Origin: Planctomycetota bacterium
GTDB taxonomy: Bacteria > Planctomycetota > B15-G4 > JADJEK01
Direction of reading: 5' to 3'
Assembly: GCA_044225365.1 (NCBI GenBank)
Contig: JBGAIQ010000006.1
Location: 113,236 to 177,235 of the forward strand
Length of the DNA: 64,000 bases
Each line of letters begins with the position of its first letter. The first letter of the stretch is position 1. Made by a program: the position numbers and the translations under genes. This document shows positions 19,122 to 29,362 of the stretch, one piece after another. The notes under the pieces were generated by a model that was not told the origin of the DNA, made no database searches, and worked only from the letters and a program-made list of their open reading frames with translations.

Positions 19122-21398
19122 ATGGCCACGCCCGCCCATTCGCCGCTCGTCCTTCGTTCGTCCTATCTCGCGACCTGTGTCGCCGCCTTCGCGCTCTCCG
19201 CGCTGGCCGGACCCACCAAGTCGACGATCACGCTCGAGCAGACCGCCGGGCGCGGCGGACGCATTCAATTCAACAGTTCGTTGAAGCAGTACCGTTTCGA
19301 CTCCGATGGCGCACTCCTTTCCGATGGGGGTAAGCGACTCGATCCGAAAACGCTCGCCGAACTGCCCGCCAAAGCCGTGGACCCGAAGGCGGCTGGTTCG
19401 GAGGCATCGAAGGTCGAACGCCTCGATCGCGATGCGACCGTCGCCGCACTTTCGAAGCTCTCCGCGATCGGGAAGGACAAGGCCGTTTCGCTGGTCGACG
19501 GCGCGCGCGCGACATACGAACCCGCTGAGATCGCGAAGACCCGACTCGTCCTCTCCGACGGTGGCGCGTTCTACGTGAAGGGTGACACGGCGAAGGTCGT
19601 GATCGAGAGCGGCGGCGCGCCGATCGAACTGCCGACGTTCGTGAAGGCGACGAATCGCGTCGTGTTCGTGCGAGGCAACGATCTGTTCGCGATCGATCTC
19701 GTCGACGGGTCCCTCACTCGAATCACCGATACGGGCAGCAGCACGATCCTGAACGGCAAACTCGACTGGGTGTACCAGGAGGAGGTCTACGGCCGATCGA
19801 AGTTCACCGGCTACTTCCCGAGCGGGGACGGCAAGCACCTCGCCTTTCTCACGCTCGACGAAGGCAAGGTCTTCGACTTCCCGATCGTCGACCCGATCAC
19901 GCAAGGTGATTTCCGCGGCCGCCTCGAGCTCATGAAGTACCCGAAGGCAGGCGATCCGAACCCGAGCGTGAAACTCTCGCTCTACGACGTGATCGCGAAG
20001 AAGTCGGTGCCGGTCGATCTCGGGAAGTACGCCAGCGACGAACCCATCGTCGCGGTCGTCACGTTCACGCCCGATTCGAAGCTCTGCCTCGCGGTCATCC
20101 AGGATCGCCGCCAGACCTATGCCGATCTCATCGCGATCGACCCGTCGACCGGCGAATGGAAGCCCTGGATCCACGAGGGCTCGAAGTCGTGGGTCGATCG
20201 CCCCGACGAACCGCGATGGCTGAACGACGGCGGTTTCTTGTGGATGAGCCAGCGCACCGGATACCTCCACGTCTACCGCTATCTCGCCAACGGCGGCCTT
20301 CAGAATGCGGTCACGACGGGTGACGGTTCGGTCGCGTCGATCCTCGACGTCGACGAGAAGGCCGGCGAACTGTGGTTCATCGGGAAGAAGGACGGAGCGA
20401 TCAACAAGAACTTGTATCGCTGCCGCCTCGACGGAAGCGGCCTCACGCGCATCACGCAGGGCGATGGCACGCACAACGTCGAACTCGCGCCCGACAAGCA
20501 GTATCTCCTCGATACGTTTTCCTCGCTCACCCAGCCGCCCGCCGTTTCCCTCTGCGATCGCGACGGCAAGGTGCTGCGCGTGCTCGACGAGAGCAAGGTG
20601 TCGAACGACTACGAGATCGCGAAGTGGCAGCTGATGCCCGTGAAGGCTCGTGACGGCGTGACGATCGATGCCGCATTCCAGAAGCCGATCGACTTCGACG
20701 CGACGGCGTCGTATCCGATCTGGATCACGACCTACTCCGGTCCCGCGATGCCCACGCTGTCGAATCGCTGGTCCGTGAGTGCGTGGAATCAGTTCCTCGC
20801 GCAGAACGGCGTCATCGTGATGATGGTGAACGTGCGGTCGGCTTCCGACGCCGGCCAGTGCCTCACCGAGTCGTGCTATCGCCAGCTCGGCAAGCAGGAG
20901 CTGATGGACATCGAGGACGCGATCGCCGCGCTCGCGACGAACCCCTGGGCCGATGGCGGCCGCGTCGGCATCACGGGCTACAGCTACGGCGGGTTCATGA
21001 CGGCGTACGCGATGACGCACAGCGACAAGTTCGCGCTCGGCATCGCGGGCGGAGGCGTCTACGACTGGCGCATGTACGACACGATCTACACCGAACGCTA
21101 CATGGACCTGCCGAAGAACAACGCCGCCGGATACGACGCGAGCTCGGTGATCAAGGCGGCGAAGAACCTGCACGGGCACCTGCTCTTCCACCACGGCGTC
21201 AACGACGACAACGTGCACCTGCAGAACGCGCTGCAGTTCGTCTACGCGCTCGAGAAGGCCGACAAGTCGTTCGAGTTCATGCCGTATCCCGAGTCCGGCC
21301 ACGGCATCGGCGACCGCGATCTGGCATGGCACAACCGCCAGCTCGAGTGGAAGGAGATCGACCGTTATCTCGTGCACGGTCGCCCGACTCGGAATTGA
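19122..21398 (+). CDS. S9B dipeptidyl peptidase IV-like protein
   Basis: DWVYQEE, YPKAGD, nucleophile GYSYGG, HGVNDDNVH, YPESGH. Confidence 0.94.
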   Translation: MATPAHSPLVLRSSYLATCVAAFALSALAGPTKSTITLEQTAGRGGRIQFNSSLKQYRFDSDGALLSDGGKRLDPKTLAELPAKAVDPKAAGSEASKVERLDRDATVAALSKLSAIGKDKAVSLVDGARATYEPAEIAKTRLVLSDGGAFYVKGDTAKVVIESGGAPIELPTFVKATNRVVFVRGNDLFAIDLVDGSLTRITDTGSSTILNGKLDWVYQEEVYGRSKFTGYFPSGDGKHLAFLTLDEGKVFDFPIVDPITQGDFRGRLELMKYPKAGDPNPSVKLSLYDVIAKKSVPVDLGKYASDEPIVAVVTFTPDSKLCLAVIQDRRQTYADLIAIDPSTGEWKPWIHEGSKSWVDRPDEPRWLNDGGFLWMSQRTGYLHVYRYLANGGLQNAVTTGDGSVASILDVDEKAGELWFIGKKDGAINKNLYRCRLDGSGLTRITQGDGTHNVELAPDKQYLLDTFSSLTQPPAVSLCDRDGKVLRVLDESKVSNDYEIAKWQLMPVKARDGVTIDAAFQKPIDFDATASYPIWITTYSGPAMPTLSNRWSVSAWNQFLAQNGVIVMMVNVRSASDAGQCLTESCYRQLGKQELMDIEDAIAALATNPWADGGRVGITGYSYGGFMTAYAMTHSDKFALGIAGGGVYDWRMYDTIYTERYMDLPKNNAAGYDASSVIKAAKNLHGHLLFHHGVNDDNVHLQNALQFVYALEKADKSFEFMPYPESGHGIGDRDLAWHNRQLEWKEIDRYLVHGRPTRN

Positions 21399-21406
21399 CG
21401 GCGCGG

Positions 21407-22459
21407 TCAGCGCGTGAGGTCGGCGTCGAACACGACGATCGGAGCGTCGGTCCCGGGCATCGCTTGCGAACCGTAGTGACGCTCGGAATCACGTTTGATG
21501 TTCCCGAGCTGCGAACGCAACGACTCGCCGCGATCGTCGTCGCTGTCGGGCACGCCATCGAGATCGAATCCGAACTCGCGAACGACGAGCCACGCGACGA
21601 GCCGTCCGTCGCTCGTCTTCACCGGTAGGTACGTGTCGCATCCCGCGAGCCAGTAGAAGTCCGGGCTCGCGGAGTAGACGTCGCATCGCATGTGTCCCGA
21701 CGCGTCGACACGATCGAGGACTTGCAGATCGCAGTGATAGGTCGAGAAGGGAAACGGAAGGTCGCTCTCGAAGCGCACGGTGTACGTCGAGAAGCGCCCG
21801 AGATCGGAAGCGATTCCCGTCTTGAACGAGTTCTTCAGCATCCCGATCTCGAGGTACGACGCGCGGGGTCGGTCGGGATAGGTCGGATAGTCGCGTTCGA
21901 CGTTCTTGATCGTGCGCAGATCCGCGAACACGAGAACCGCGCCTTGCACCAGGCAAGCCTGTTCACCCGATCCCGGCACGCCGAGCGAGCGGCCCGCCTT
22001 CAACAGCGAGCCGAACCAGATTCCGTCGTTCCGAAGGTCCTTCTCGGGCGACCAAGAACCGCTCTTCAGACCCGAATCGGAGAGCAGCTCGAGCGCGGCT
22101 TCCATCACATCGCTCGGGAGGTCCTTGCGCTCGCGCTTCAACCTCGCGAGCCCGCTTCCCGCCGGATCCTTCGCATCCTGCTGCGATCGCACGGCAGCGA
22201 CGAGATCGCCGAAGGTCGTCGCCCGCGCCACCTCGGATGCGCCGCGCGCGGGCGCGAACGAGCGCTCGAGCAACGCCTTCGCGGTCACCAACTGGGACCG
22301 CGAATCCTGGAGCACGATGTCCGAGAGCAGGTAGCGCGTGTCGATCCCCACCTCGGCGATGCTCTTCACACGCGGGACCGCGGATCCCTGCTCATCGGCT
22401 CGATCGCCGGCAGGCGGGAGTAGCGCAGCGAACGAGAGAATGGCGTGCGCGAGCATCAT
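21407..22459 (-). CDS. hypothetical secreted protein, last gene of the fatty-acid modification operon
   Basis: Signal-like MMLAHAILSFAALL; ATGA overlap with the DUF2878 stop. Confidence 0.65.
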   Translation of the reverse strand: MMLAHAILSFAALLPPAGDRADEQGSAVPRVKSIAEVGIDTRYLLSDIVLQDSRSQLVTAKALLERSFAPARGASEVARATTFGDLVAAVRSQQDAKDPAGSGLARLKRERKDLPSDVMEAALELLSDSGLKSGSWSPEKDLRNDGIWFGSLLKAGRSLGVPGSGEQACLVQGAVLVFADLRTIKNVERDYPTYPDRPRASYLEIGMLKNSFKTGIASDLGRFSTYTVRFESDLPFPFSTYHCDLQVLDRVDASGHMRCDVYSASPDFYWLAGCDTYLPVKTSDGRLVAWLVVREFGFDLDGVPDSDDDRGESLRSQLGNIKRDSERHYGSQAMPGTDAPIVVFDADLTR

Positions 22460-23040
22460 TGGGAAACGGCTCCCGTCGTCTCCGGTCCGCCGGTGATCGC
22501 TCGAGGGGGCAAGCGAGGCGGGAGAGAGGCGTTCGACTTCACGAGCTTCGCGACGAACACCGAGGCTGCGCAGAGCGAGAGGCTCCACACGCTCGCGATG
22601 ATCGGGATCGAACGCTCGAGCGGCTCGCCGAACTTCACCGCGCCGAGGCGTTGCCCGGCGAGGTAGGAGAGCGGTGCCGCGACCGCACCGAGCACGGCGG
22701 CGAGCGCGACTCGCCCGACGATCCAGGAGAACGAGTGCAGGAAGGTGGCGGCGAAGAGAACCCACATCGCCACGATCCACGGTGGGCAGAGATACGGAGA
22801 AAGTTGTCCGGAATAGGCGAGAGCACCGCTCGAGGCGACTACCGAATCGACGACGAATCCGAACGGGATCGCGGCGAGCAAGACCTTCGATTCGAGTCGC
22901 CGGTCGCGGACGAAGAGCAAGTGAACGAAGGCGACGGCGAGGAGCGTGAACGTCGCGATCCACGGGCGGCCGTTGCCCGCGAGGATCACCCCCGCGAACC
23001 AAGCACCCTGGAACAGCACGAAGTTCACGAAGTTGCGCAT
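22456..23040 (-). CDS. DUF2878-family membrane protein
   Basis: NFVLFQGAW, PPWIVAMWVLFAATF, APLSYLAG; usual neighbour of cfa/DUF1365. Confidence 0.85.
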   Translation of the reverse strand: MRNFVNFVLFQGAWFAGVILAGNGRPWIATFTLLAVAFVHLLFVRDRRLESKVLLAAIPFGFVVDSVVASSGALAYSGQLSPYLCPPWIVAMWVLFAATFLHSFSWIVGRVALAAVLGAVAAPLSYLAGQRLGAVKFGEPLERSIPIIASVWSLSLCAASVFVAKLVKSNASLPPRLPPRAITGGPETTGAVSQ

Positions 23041-24350
23041 CGACTCTCGACTCGGATGGGAATCATCGGCGCCGCGAGCGGCGGCACGATCGAATCGATT
23101 CGGCAACGCGGCTTCGTGAGGACGACCTGCACGTCTCCGAGCACTCGTTCCTCGAAGCCACCTTCGCAATACGCGAAGTAGAACTCGAACAAGCGGCGGA
23201 ATCGCGCATCGAGGCCGAGCGCAGTGAGGCGGGTTTCATTGCGCAGCATGCGCTCTCGCCAGGCGCGAAGCGTCGGGGCGTAATGCGGCCCGATGTCCTC
23301 GAGATGGAAGATCTTCATGTCGGTCGCTCGCCGGACGCTCGTTGCGATCGCTTCGACCGAAGGGATGCAACTGCCCGGAAAGATGTATCGCTGGATGAAG
23401 TCAACCGACTTGAGTGCGCTGACGTAGTTCTGATCCTGGATCGTGATCGCCTGCAGCATCATCGCGCCACCCGGCCGCAGACGGTCCGCACAGGCTCGGA
23501 AGTAGGCGTCGTAGAATTCGTGACCGACGGCTTCGATCATCTCGATCGAGACCACCCGATCGAACCGACCTTGGTCTCCGAGATCGCGATAGTCCTTCAG
23601 CAAGATCGTGACCCGGTCCTCGAGGCCTGCCGCCCGAACTCGCTGCTGCGCGAGCTCGAACTGGGCCGGCGAGATCGTCGTGGTCGTGACGTGGACTCCG
23701 TAGCGGCTCGCGGCGTGGATCGCGAATCCGCCCCATCCGGTGCCGATCTCGAGCACTCGCTGGTTCGGCTCGAGCGCGAGCTTCTTGCAGATGCGATCGA
23801 GCTTCGCGACCGACGCCTCTTCGAGCGTCATTCCCGGGCGATCGAACACCGCGCACGAGTACATCCATGTCGGGTCGAGGAACGTCGAGAAGAAATCGTT
23901 GCCGAGGTCGTAGTGGTCGCGAATGTTCTTCTGACTGCCCTCGCGCGTGTTGCGGCGTCGGCGATGATAGTGCTTCAGCACGAACGCACCGAGGCGCGCG
24001 AGACCGCCCTCCATCCCATTCAGCGCCTGCCGATTCGCCGCGAAGATGCGAATGACGGCGACCAGGTCGTCGGCCGTGAAGAAACCGTCGGCGTACGCCG
24101 AACCCGCGCCCACCGATCCCTCGAAGGCGACGAGGGAGTAGAATCGTTCGTCGAGCACTCGGATCGTGGCCGCGACGGGGAACTCGTCCGTCGCCCGACC
24201 GAACTCGAACGTCCGCGGGCCATCGATGAGAGTCAGATGTCCGTGCTCGATGCGACGAAGCCGCTCCACGACCTGGCGCGCGAGGAACGACCCTCGCGAG
24301 GCTTCCGGTTTCGTCGCTGCGATGCGTTGGCTCGTATCGAATTCGCTCAT
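23025..24350 (-). CDS. cfa: cyclopropane-fatty-acyl-phospholipid synthase family methyltransferase (UfaM-like)
   Basis: NIRDHYDLGNDFF, MYSCA, LEIGTGWG, SIEMIEAVG, DFIQRYIFPG, YFAYCEGGF. Confidence 0.92.
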   Translation of the reverse strand: MSEFDTSQRIAATKPEASRGSFLARQVVERLRRIEHGHLTLIDGPRTFEFGRATDEFPVAATIRVLDERFYSLVAFEGSVGAGSAYADGFFTADDLVAVIRIFAANRQALNGMEGGLARLGAFVLKHYHRRRRNTREGSQKNIRDHYDLGNDFFSTFLDPTWMYSCAVFDRPGMTLEEASVAKLDRICKKLALEPNQRVLEIGTGWGGFAIHAASRYGVHVTTTTISPAQFELAQQRVRAAGLEDRVTILLKDYRDLGDQGRFDRVVSIEMIEAVGHEFYDAYFRACADRLRPGGAMMLQAITIQDQNYVSALKSVDFIQRYIFPGSCIPSVEAIATSVRRATDMKIFHLEDIGPHYAPTLRAWRERMLRNETRLTALGLDARFRRLFEFYFAYCEGGFEERVLGDVQVVLTKPRCRIDSIVPPLAAPMIPIRVESRCATS

Positions 24351-25165
24351 GTTCGAGGGGTCCTGCTCGGCGCTTCTTTTACGTCCCCGACCGCCTTCTG
24401 GTCGGAAAGGGTGGGGTGCGAATAGAACGTGGCGCCCTTCAGCCGCAGCCGAAGAGCCTGCCAGTAGATCGCGAGAACGACCTTCGCCGTGAGCCAAGGG
24501 TGGACGAGCAGAGTTCGAGCGAGTGAAACCGCCGACATCTCGCGACGTGATAGGGCCATCGTCGCCGCGAAGAACACGCGACCGCCGCGCGCGTTCTCCA
24601 TGTGAATCGATGCTCGGTCCTCGGGCACAGTGAACTTCCAGTCATACTCGCAATCCATGGCGATGAACGGCGAGACGTGGAACGTCTTGGCGAAGTGAAA
24701 CTGCAGAGCCAATGTGCCGCGAGTCGCCGCGGCCGCGGCATCCAGCACGTAGGTGTGTCGCTCGAGCCAGGGGGTGTTCGTGATCTCGGCGGCGATCGCG
24801 TCGAGAGCGCCGGCAGCGTCGTAGCAGTAGTAGAACGTCACCGGATTGAACGAGAGGAAGAACATCCGCGGCGTCGTGAGCATTCGGACGCGTCCGTTCG
24901 GGCGCCGTCCGAGTCGTTTCTCGACGGTATCGAGGACCGCTTGCTTCAACGGGACGGCCGCGTCGCCGTGATAGTCGGCGCGCCGGAACCAGGCCAGAGC
25001 CGGACGCGACGTGGACCAGAACCAGCGTCCGGCGAAGACCGTGTCGAGTTCGTCGAGATCGAGCAGGACGAAGCAGACGTCGTACTCGAACTCGTGTGCG
25101 ACGGAATCGTTTCGCGCATGTCGGACTCTGCCGAAGTAGAGCGCGTTGTTCGAGGCTCCACTCAC
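24347..25165 (-). CDS. DUF1365-family protein (UfaO-like)
   Basis: GRVRHAR, FNPVTFYYC, EITNTPWLERHTY, KTFHVSPF, IYWQALRL.KG. Confidence 0.9.
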   Translation of the reverse strand: MSGASNNALYFGRVRHARNDSVAHEFEYDVCFVLLDLDELDTVFAGRWFWSTSRPALAWFRRADYHGDAAVPLKQAVLDTVEKRLGRRPNGRVRMLTTPRMFFLSFNPVTFYYCYDAAGALDAIAAEITNTPWLERHTYVLDAAAAATRGTLALQFHFAKTFHVSPFIAMDCEYDWKFTVPEDRASIHMENARGGRVFFAATMALSRREMSAVSLARTLLVHPWLTAKVVLAIYWQALRLRLKGATFYSHPTLSDQKAVGDVKEAPSRTPRT

Positions 25166-26403
25166 GACAACGCCTCCCCGAACGCCCGTGCGACGGCGAG
25201 TCCGCTCTTCACTCCGTCCTCGTGGAACCCGTAACCGAGGTAGGCCCCGCAGTAGAACGTGTTCCGGACTCCTTGGATCGAATCGACGCGCGACTGCGCT
25301 TGGATTGCGTCCCGCGTGTAGATCGGATGTTCGTATTCGAACTTCTGCAGGATCGCGCCGCTGGCGAGGCGCTCGTCGCGATTCAGGGTCACGCAGTATT
25401 CGCGCTTCGACGTGAGGGACTGCAGCCGGTTCATCCAGTAGGTCACGCCGAGTTCACCTTCTCCGTCGCGATGGTAGTTCCACGCCGCCCAGGCCTTTCT
25501 CCTCCGGGGCAGGATCGACGAATCGGTGTGCAGGGTGACGGCGTTCTTCTGATACGGGATCGCGGAGAGGACGGCACGTTCCGCGTCACTCGGATCCTCG
25601 AGCATGCGTAACGCTTGATCGCTGTGGGCCGCGATGATGACGCGATCGAATCTCTCCACCGTGCCGCCGCGCGTCCGGACGTGTACGCCGTCCGCGTCGC
25701 GTCGCACGCTCGCGATCGGGCAGTTGGTTCGAACCGAGTCCTCGAAGCCAGCGACGAGTCGCTCGACGTAGGTCGACGAGCCGCCCTTCACGACGTACCA
25801 CTGCGGACGATCGTCCACCGTCAGGAATCCATGATTGTCGAAGAAGCGCGCGAACGTCGGGAAGGGGAACTCGAGCATCCGCGAGGGCTCCGCCGACCAG
25901 ATCGCGGCGCCCATCGGCACGATGTAGCGCTCGACGAAACTTCGGCCGTATCCGTGCTCGCGAATGAAGTCACCGAGAGTGATGTCGGCGGAACCATTCG
26001 CGGCAAAGCGCGTCGCGTCGCGATTGAATCGCAGGATGTCGCGCACCATCGACAGGAAGCTCGGGCGGAGGAGATTCCGTCGTTGCGCGAAGAGGGTATC
26101 GAGCGAGGTTCCGTTGTACTCGATCCCGGAGTCCTCGCACCGCACCGAGAAACTCATGTCGCTCTTCTGGGAGGCGACGCCGAGCGCTTTCAGCAGTCGA
26201 ATGAAGTTCGGATACGTGCGTTCGTTGAAGACGATGAATCCGGTATCGACCGCGAGCTCGCGATCCTCGTCGCGGACTCGCACCGTGTGCGTGTGGCCGC
26301 CGATCCAGTCGTTGGCTTCGAATAGGGTGACCTCGTGGTGCCGGCGCAACAGGTACCACGCCGTGAGACCCGAGATCCCCGCTCCGACGATGGCGATCTT
26401 CAT
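25162..26403 (-). CDS. FAD-dependent oxidoreductase, amine-oxidase family (UfaD-like)
   Basis: GAGISG, GGHTHT, VDTGFIVFNERTYPN, AWAAWNY, GYGFHEDG. Confidence 0.9.
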   Translation of the reverse strand: MKIAIVGAGISGLTAWYLLRRHHEVTLFEANDWIGGHTHTVRVRDEDRELAVDTGFIVFNERTYPNFIRLLKALGVASQKSDMSFSVRCEDSGIEYNGTSLDTLFAQRRNLLRPSFLSMVRDILRFNRDATRFAANGSADITLGDFIREHGYGRSFVERYIVPMGAAIWSAEPSRMLEFPFPTFARFFDNHGFLTVDDRPQWYVVKGGSSTYVERLVAGFEDSVRTNCPIASVRRDADGVHVRTRGGTVERFDRVIIAAHSDQALRMLEDPSDAERAVLSAIPYQKNAVTLHTDSSILPRRRKAWAAWNYHRDGEGELGVTYWMNRLQSLTSKREYCVTLNRDERLASGAILQKFEYEHPIYTRDAIQAQSRVDSIQGVRNTFYCGAYLGYGFHEDGVKSGLAVARAFGEALS

Positions 26404-27404
26404 GATCGTTCCGGCTGCACGTTCTTCGGATCACGGGCCTCACGACGGACTCCGGCACGCTCGCCGGGATAGACGTGCGCAGGGACGGGGCGCAGATCCG
26501 AGATGAGCCCGAGAGCTTCGAGGACGCGCAATCCCAGGTACGTGATGTCGATCTCGTACCAGGCGAAGCCCTGCTTCACCGAGTGCGGGTAGTGATGGTG
26601 ATTGTTGTGCCAGCCCTCGCCGAACGTGAGCGCCGCGAGCCACGGGTTGTTCCGACTTTCGTCGCCCGTCTCATAACGCCGGGAGCCGAAGCGGTGCGAG
26701 AGTGAATTGATCGTGCAGGTCGCGTGGAAGAGCACCACGGTCGAGATGAAATACCCCCAGACCACGAGTTGCATTCCGCTCGTCCCGAGTTGCGGAGATG
26801 CGAGTTCCAGGAACCGACCGACGGCGTAGAGGGAGGCGGCGAGGATCAGGGGGGCGAAGGTGTCGAAGCGGTCGAGGAATCTCAGTTCCCTATATCGGGC
26901 GAGATCGGGAACGGCTCCCACGGGAGTCGCGAAGTTCTCCTTCGACATGATCCATCCCATGTGCGACCAGAGCATCCCGTGCCGACCCGGTGAGTGAACG
27001 TCGTCCGCGGTGTCGCTCACTCGATGGTGATTGCGATGGTGTCCCGCCCACCACAAGGGTCCGCGCTGCGTCGCGGTCGCGCCGGTGAAGGCGAAGACGA
27101 ATTGCATGAATCTCGAAGTACGGAACGAGCGATGGGAGAAGTAGCGGTGATAGAAGCCGGTGATGGCGAACATCCGAACGGCATAGAGCACGAGCGCCGC
27201 GGCCACCGCGATCGTGCTCACGCCGTAGACGAATGCGAGCAGACACGCGGCATGCAGCAGGACGAACGGCAGGCATCGCAGCCAGTCGATCTCCTTCGTC
27301 GTCGGGTTCGCCATCGGAGCGTGCGCGTTGTCGAACCAACGCCGCAACGTCGCAAGCACACTCGAGCGAAGGCCCGTGGATCTCTCCGCCGATCGAGATC
27401 TCAC
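26400..27404 (-). CDS. acyl-CoA/acyl-lipid delta-9 desaturase
   Basis: His boxes [20 protein letters not shown]; start taken as the GTG overlapping the upstream stop (alternative ATG at 27314). Confidence 0.92.
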   Translation of the reverse strand: MRSRSAERSTGLRSSVLATLRRWFDNAHAPMANPTTKEIDWLRCLPFVLLHAACLLAFVYGVSTIAVAAALVLYAVRMFAITGFYHRYFSHRSFRTSRFMQFVFAFTGATATQRGPLWWAGHHRNHHRVSDTADDVHSPGRHGMLWSHMGWIMSKENFATPVGAVPDLARYRELRFLDRFDTFAPLILAASLYAVGRFLELASPQLGTSGMQLVVWGYFISTVVLFHATCTINSLSHRFGSRRYETGDESRNNPWLAALTFGEGWHNNHHHYPHSVKQGFAWYEIDITYLGLRVLEALGLISDLRPVPAHVYPGERAGVRREARDPKNVQPERS

Positions 27405-28462
27405 GAGCGCCCTCCATTGCGCTTGCTGAAGAGGTAGTGAGCGACCCACCACTCCGAGCCATCGTTCCAGGCGAACAGCTCCGCGCAAGCGAGGAAGAAG
27501 ACGCGCCAGCGTTGGAACCACTTCTCGCCCTCGCCCGCGCCGTACGTGCGATCGAAGAGCGCGATCACGGCATCGCGATGGCGATCGATCCGATCGAGCC
27601 AGGCTTCCGCCGTCCTCCCGTAGTGGACGCCGCTCACGACCCAATGGTCGTCCGCGGCGAGATCGTCCTGGAAGTGCAGAAAGAGGTCGTCGGAGGGCAT
27701 CTGGCCTCCGGTGAAGAAGTACCTCCCCATCCAATCGTCGTCGCTCTCGGTCTCGAACGGATAGGCCGCCTGCTTGTGACAGAAGACGTGGAAGAACAGC
27801 TTGCCGTCGGCTTCGAGCCAGGTCGCGATACGCGCGAAGAGCTCCTCGTAGTTCCGAAGGTGCTCGAACATCTCGACCGACACGACCCGATCGAATCGCG
27901 CTTCGCCTGCGTGCTGCGGCGGCTCGAACGTGTTGATGTCGGCCGTGATGATCTCGACGTTCGTGCGCCCGATCTCCGCGAGTCGTTTCTCGATGTGCTT
28001 CTTCTGCGACGCGGAGTTCGAGACCGCGACGATCCGGGCATTCGGATACCGCTCCGCCATCCAAACGGTGAGCGATCCCCAGCCGCAGCCGAGTTCGAGG
28101 ATCCGCTGGCCATCCGCGAGATTCGCGCGTTCGCAGGTCATACGGAGCATGTCGGCCTCGGCGACGTCGAGGTCGGCCACCCCTTCGTTGAAGTAGGCCG
28201 AGCTGTACTTTCGATGACGACCCAGCACGAGTTCGAAGAACTCGGGCGGCACTTCGTAATGCTGCTCGTTGGCAGCGCGAGTCTCGATCGCGAGCGGACT
28301 CTGCCGCAACGCCTCGATCCAACGGCGCTGACGCTCACTGCGCGCCTCGACTCCGCCGCGTTCGAGCTCGCCGATTCGACGCTTCAGGAGCCTTCGAATG
28401 CCGTAGCGGAGCATGGGCCGCGGCACGATGCCTTTGTCGATGATGGTGTCGAGGAGGGGCAA
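27401..28462 (-). CDS. CFA-synthase-like SAM-dependent methyltransferase
   Basis: [45 protein letters not shown]. Confidence 0.9.
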   Translation of the reverse strand: MPLLDTIIDKGIVPRPMLRYGIRRLLKRRIGELERGGVEARSERQRRWIEALRQSPLAIETRAANEQHYEVPPEFFELVLGRHRKYSSAYFNEGVADLDVAEADMLRMTCERANLADGQRILELGCGWGSLTVWMAERYPNARIVAVSNSASQKKHIEKRLAEIGRTNVEIITADINTFEPPQHAGEARFDRVVSVEMFEHLRNYEELFARIATWLEADGKLFFHVFCHKQAAYPFETESDDDWMGRYFFTGGQMPSDDLFLHFQDDLAADDHWVVSGVHYGRTAEAWLDRIDRHRDAVIALFDRTYGAGEGEKWFQRWRVFFLACAELFAWNDGSEWWVAHYLFSKRNGGRS

Positions 28463-28471
28463 GTTCGAACC

Positions 28472-29275
28472 TCAGGCTGAAGTACGGGGGAACCAGGGAA
28501 TGAACGGGCTCGTGGTGCGCTGATACTCGCGATACGCGTCGCCACGCGAGCGGAGCGCCTGCGTCTCGGTCGGCGGGATGCCGGTGACCTTGAGCACGAG
28601 GAGGAGCATCACCGGCGGCGCGATCCAGGTCATCCAGTCGTAACTGAAGGATCCGCCGCTCGCGAGGATGGGATACGCGAGCCAGTGCAGCCACTCGAAG
28701 AAGTAGTTGGGATGCCGAGAGTATCGCCACAGGCCGACACGACAGACCTTGCCTCGATGACTCGAATCCGATCGGAACCTCTCCAATTGTCGGTCGGCGA
28801 CCGCCTCACCGAGGATCGATGCGACGAAACAGGCACCCCCGAACGCCAGTGGCAGCGCAGTCCCAGGAGGATCGAGAAGGACACCGAGACAGGACAAGGA
28901 CAGCACGACGACGGAGAGAGCCTGAGCCTGGAAGAAGCCGAAGAACCAGCCGTGCGCCGAGGCGCCTTTCGCGGCGCGGATCGCCGCATAACGCCCGTCC
29001 TCCTTCACGTGCCCGAGGACGCGGTGCGCAAGGAGATGCCACGCGAGCCGGACGGCCCACGTGCAGACGAGGACGACGACGACCCACGACGCCGCATCTC
29101 GCCGCTCGAGCGCGATCGCGTAGAAGATCGCGGTCGGCGCGAAGGCGAACGACCAGACCACATCGACGATGCTCGCGTCCTCCCGACGCTTCTGGACGAC
29201 CCACGCGGCCGCGAAGAGGACGGCAAGGCCGCCCCAAGCGAGCAGGAGGATCGAGGTCGTATGGAGCACCGTCAT
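28472..29275 (-). CDS. DUF1295-family membrane protein (steroid 5-alpha-reductase-like)
   Basis: IVDVVWS, EDGRY, ADRQL, GLWRYSRHPNYFFEW, TGIPPTE, YQRTTSPFIPW. Confidence 0.9.
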   Translation of the reverse strand: MTVLHTTSILLLAWGGLAVLFAAAWVVQKRREDASIVDVVWSFAFAPTAIFYAIALERRDAASWVVVVLVCTWAVRLAWHLLAHRVLGHVKEDGRYAAIRAAKGASAHGWFFGFFQAQALSVVVLSLSCLGVLLDPPGTALPLAFGGACFVASILGEAVADRQLERFRSDSSHRGKVCRVGLWRYSRHPNYFFEWLHWLAYPILASGGSFSYDWMTWIAPPVMLLLVLKVTGIPPTETQALRSRGDAYREYQRTTSPFIPWFPRTSA

Positions 29276-29293
29276 GGGAGTCTCGTCCTCCCC

Positions 29294-29321
29294 TTCGCAG
29301 CCGGCACCCAACCTGGATTCA
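29294..29321 (-). promoter_or_regulatory. candidate ECF (SigK/RpoE-type) promoter TGAATCC-N17-CGAA
   Basis: Minus strand reads TGAATCC-aggttgggtgccggctg-CGAA just upstream of the GGAGG RBS of the DUF1295 gene; resembles ATCC...CGAA/CGTA ECF promoters. Confidence 0.4.
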
Positions 29322-29362
29322 ACCGCCTGTCTTTTTTTCGAGATGAGCCGCGTCCGTCGGGG

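Noticed and set aside
18897-21377. 826-aa minus-strand ORF
   Set aside because: Antisense to the DPP-IV gene; no motifs.
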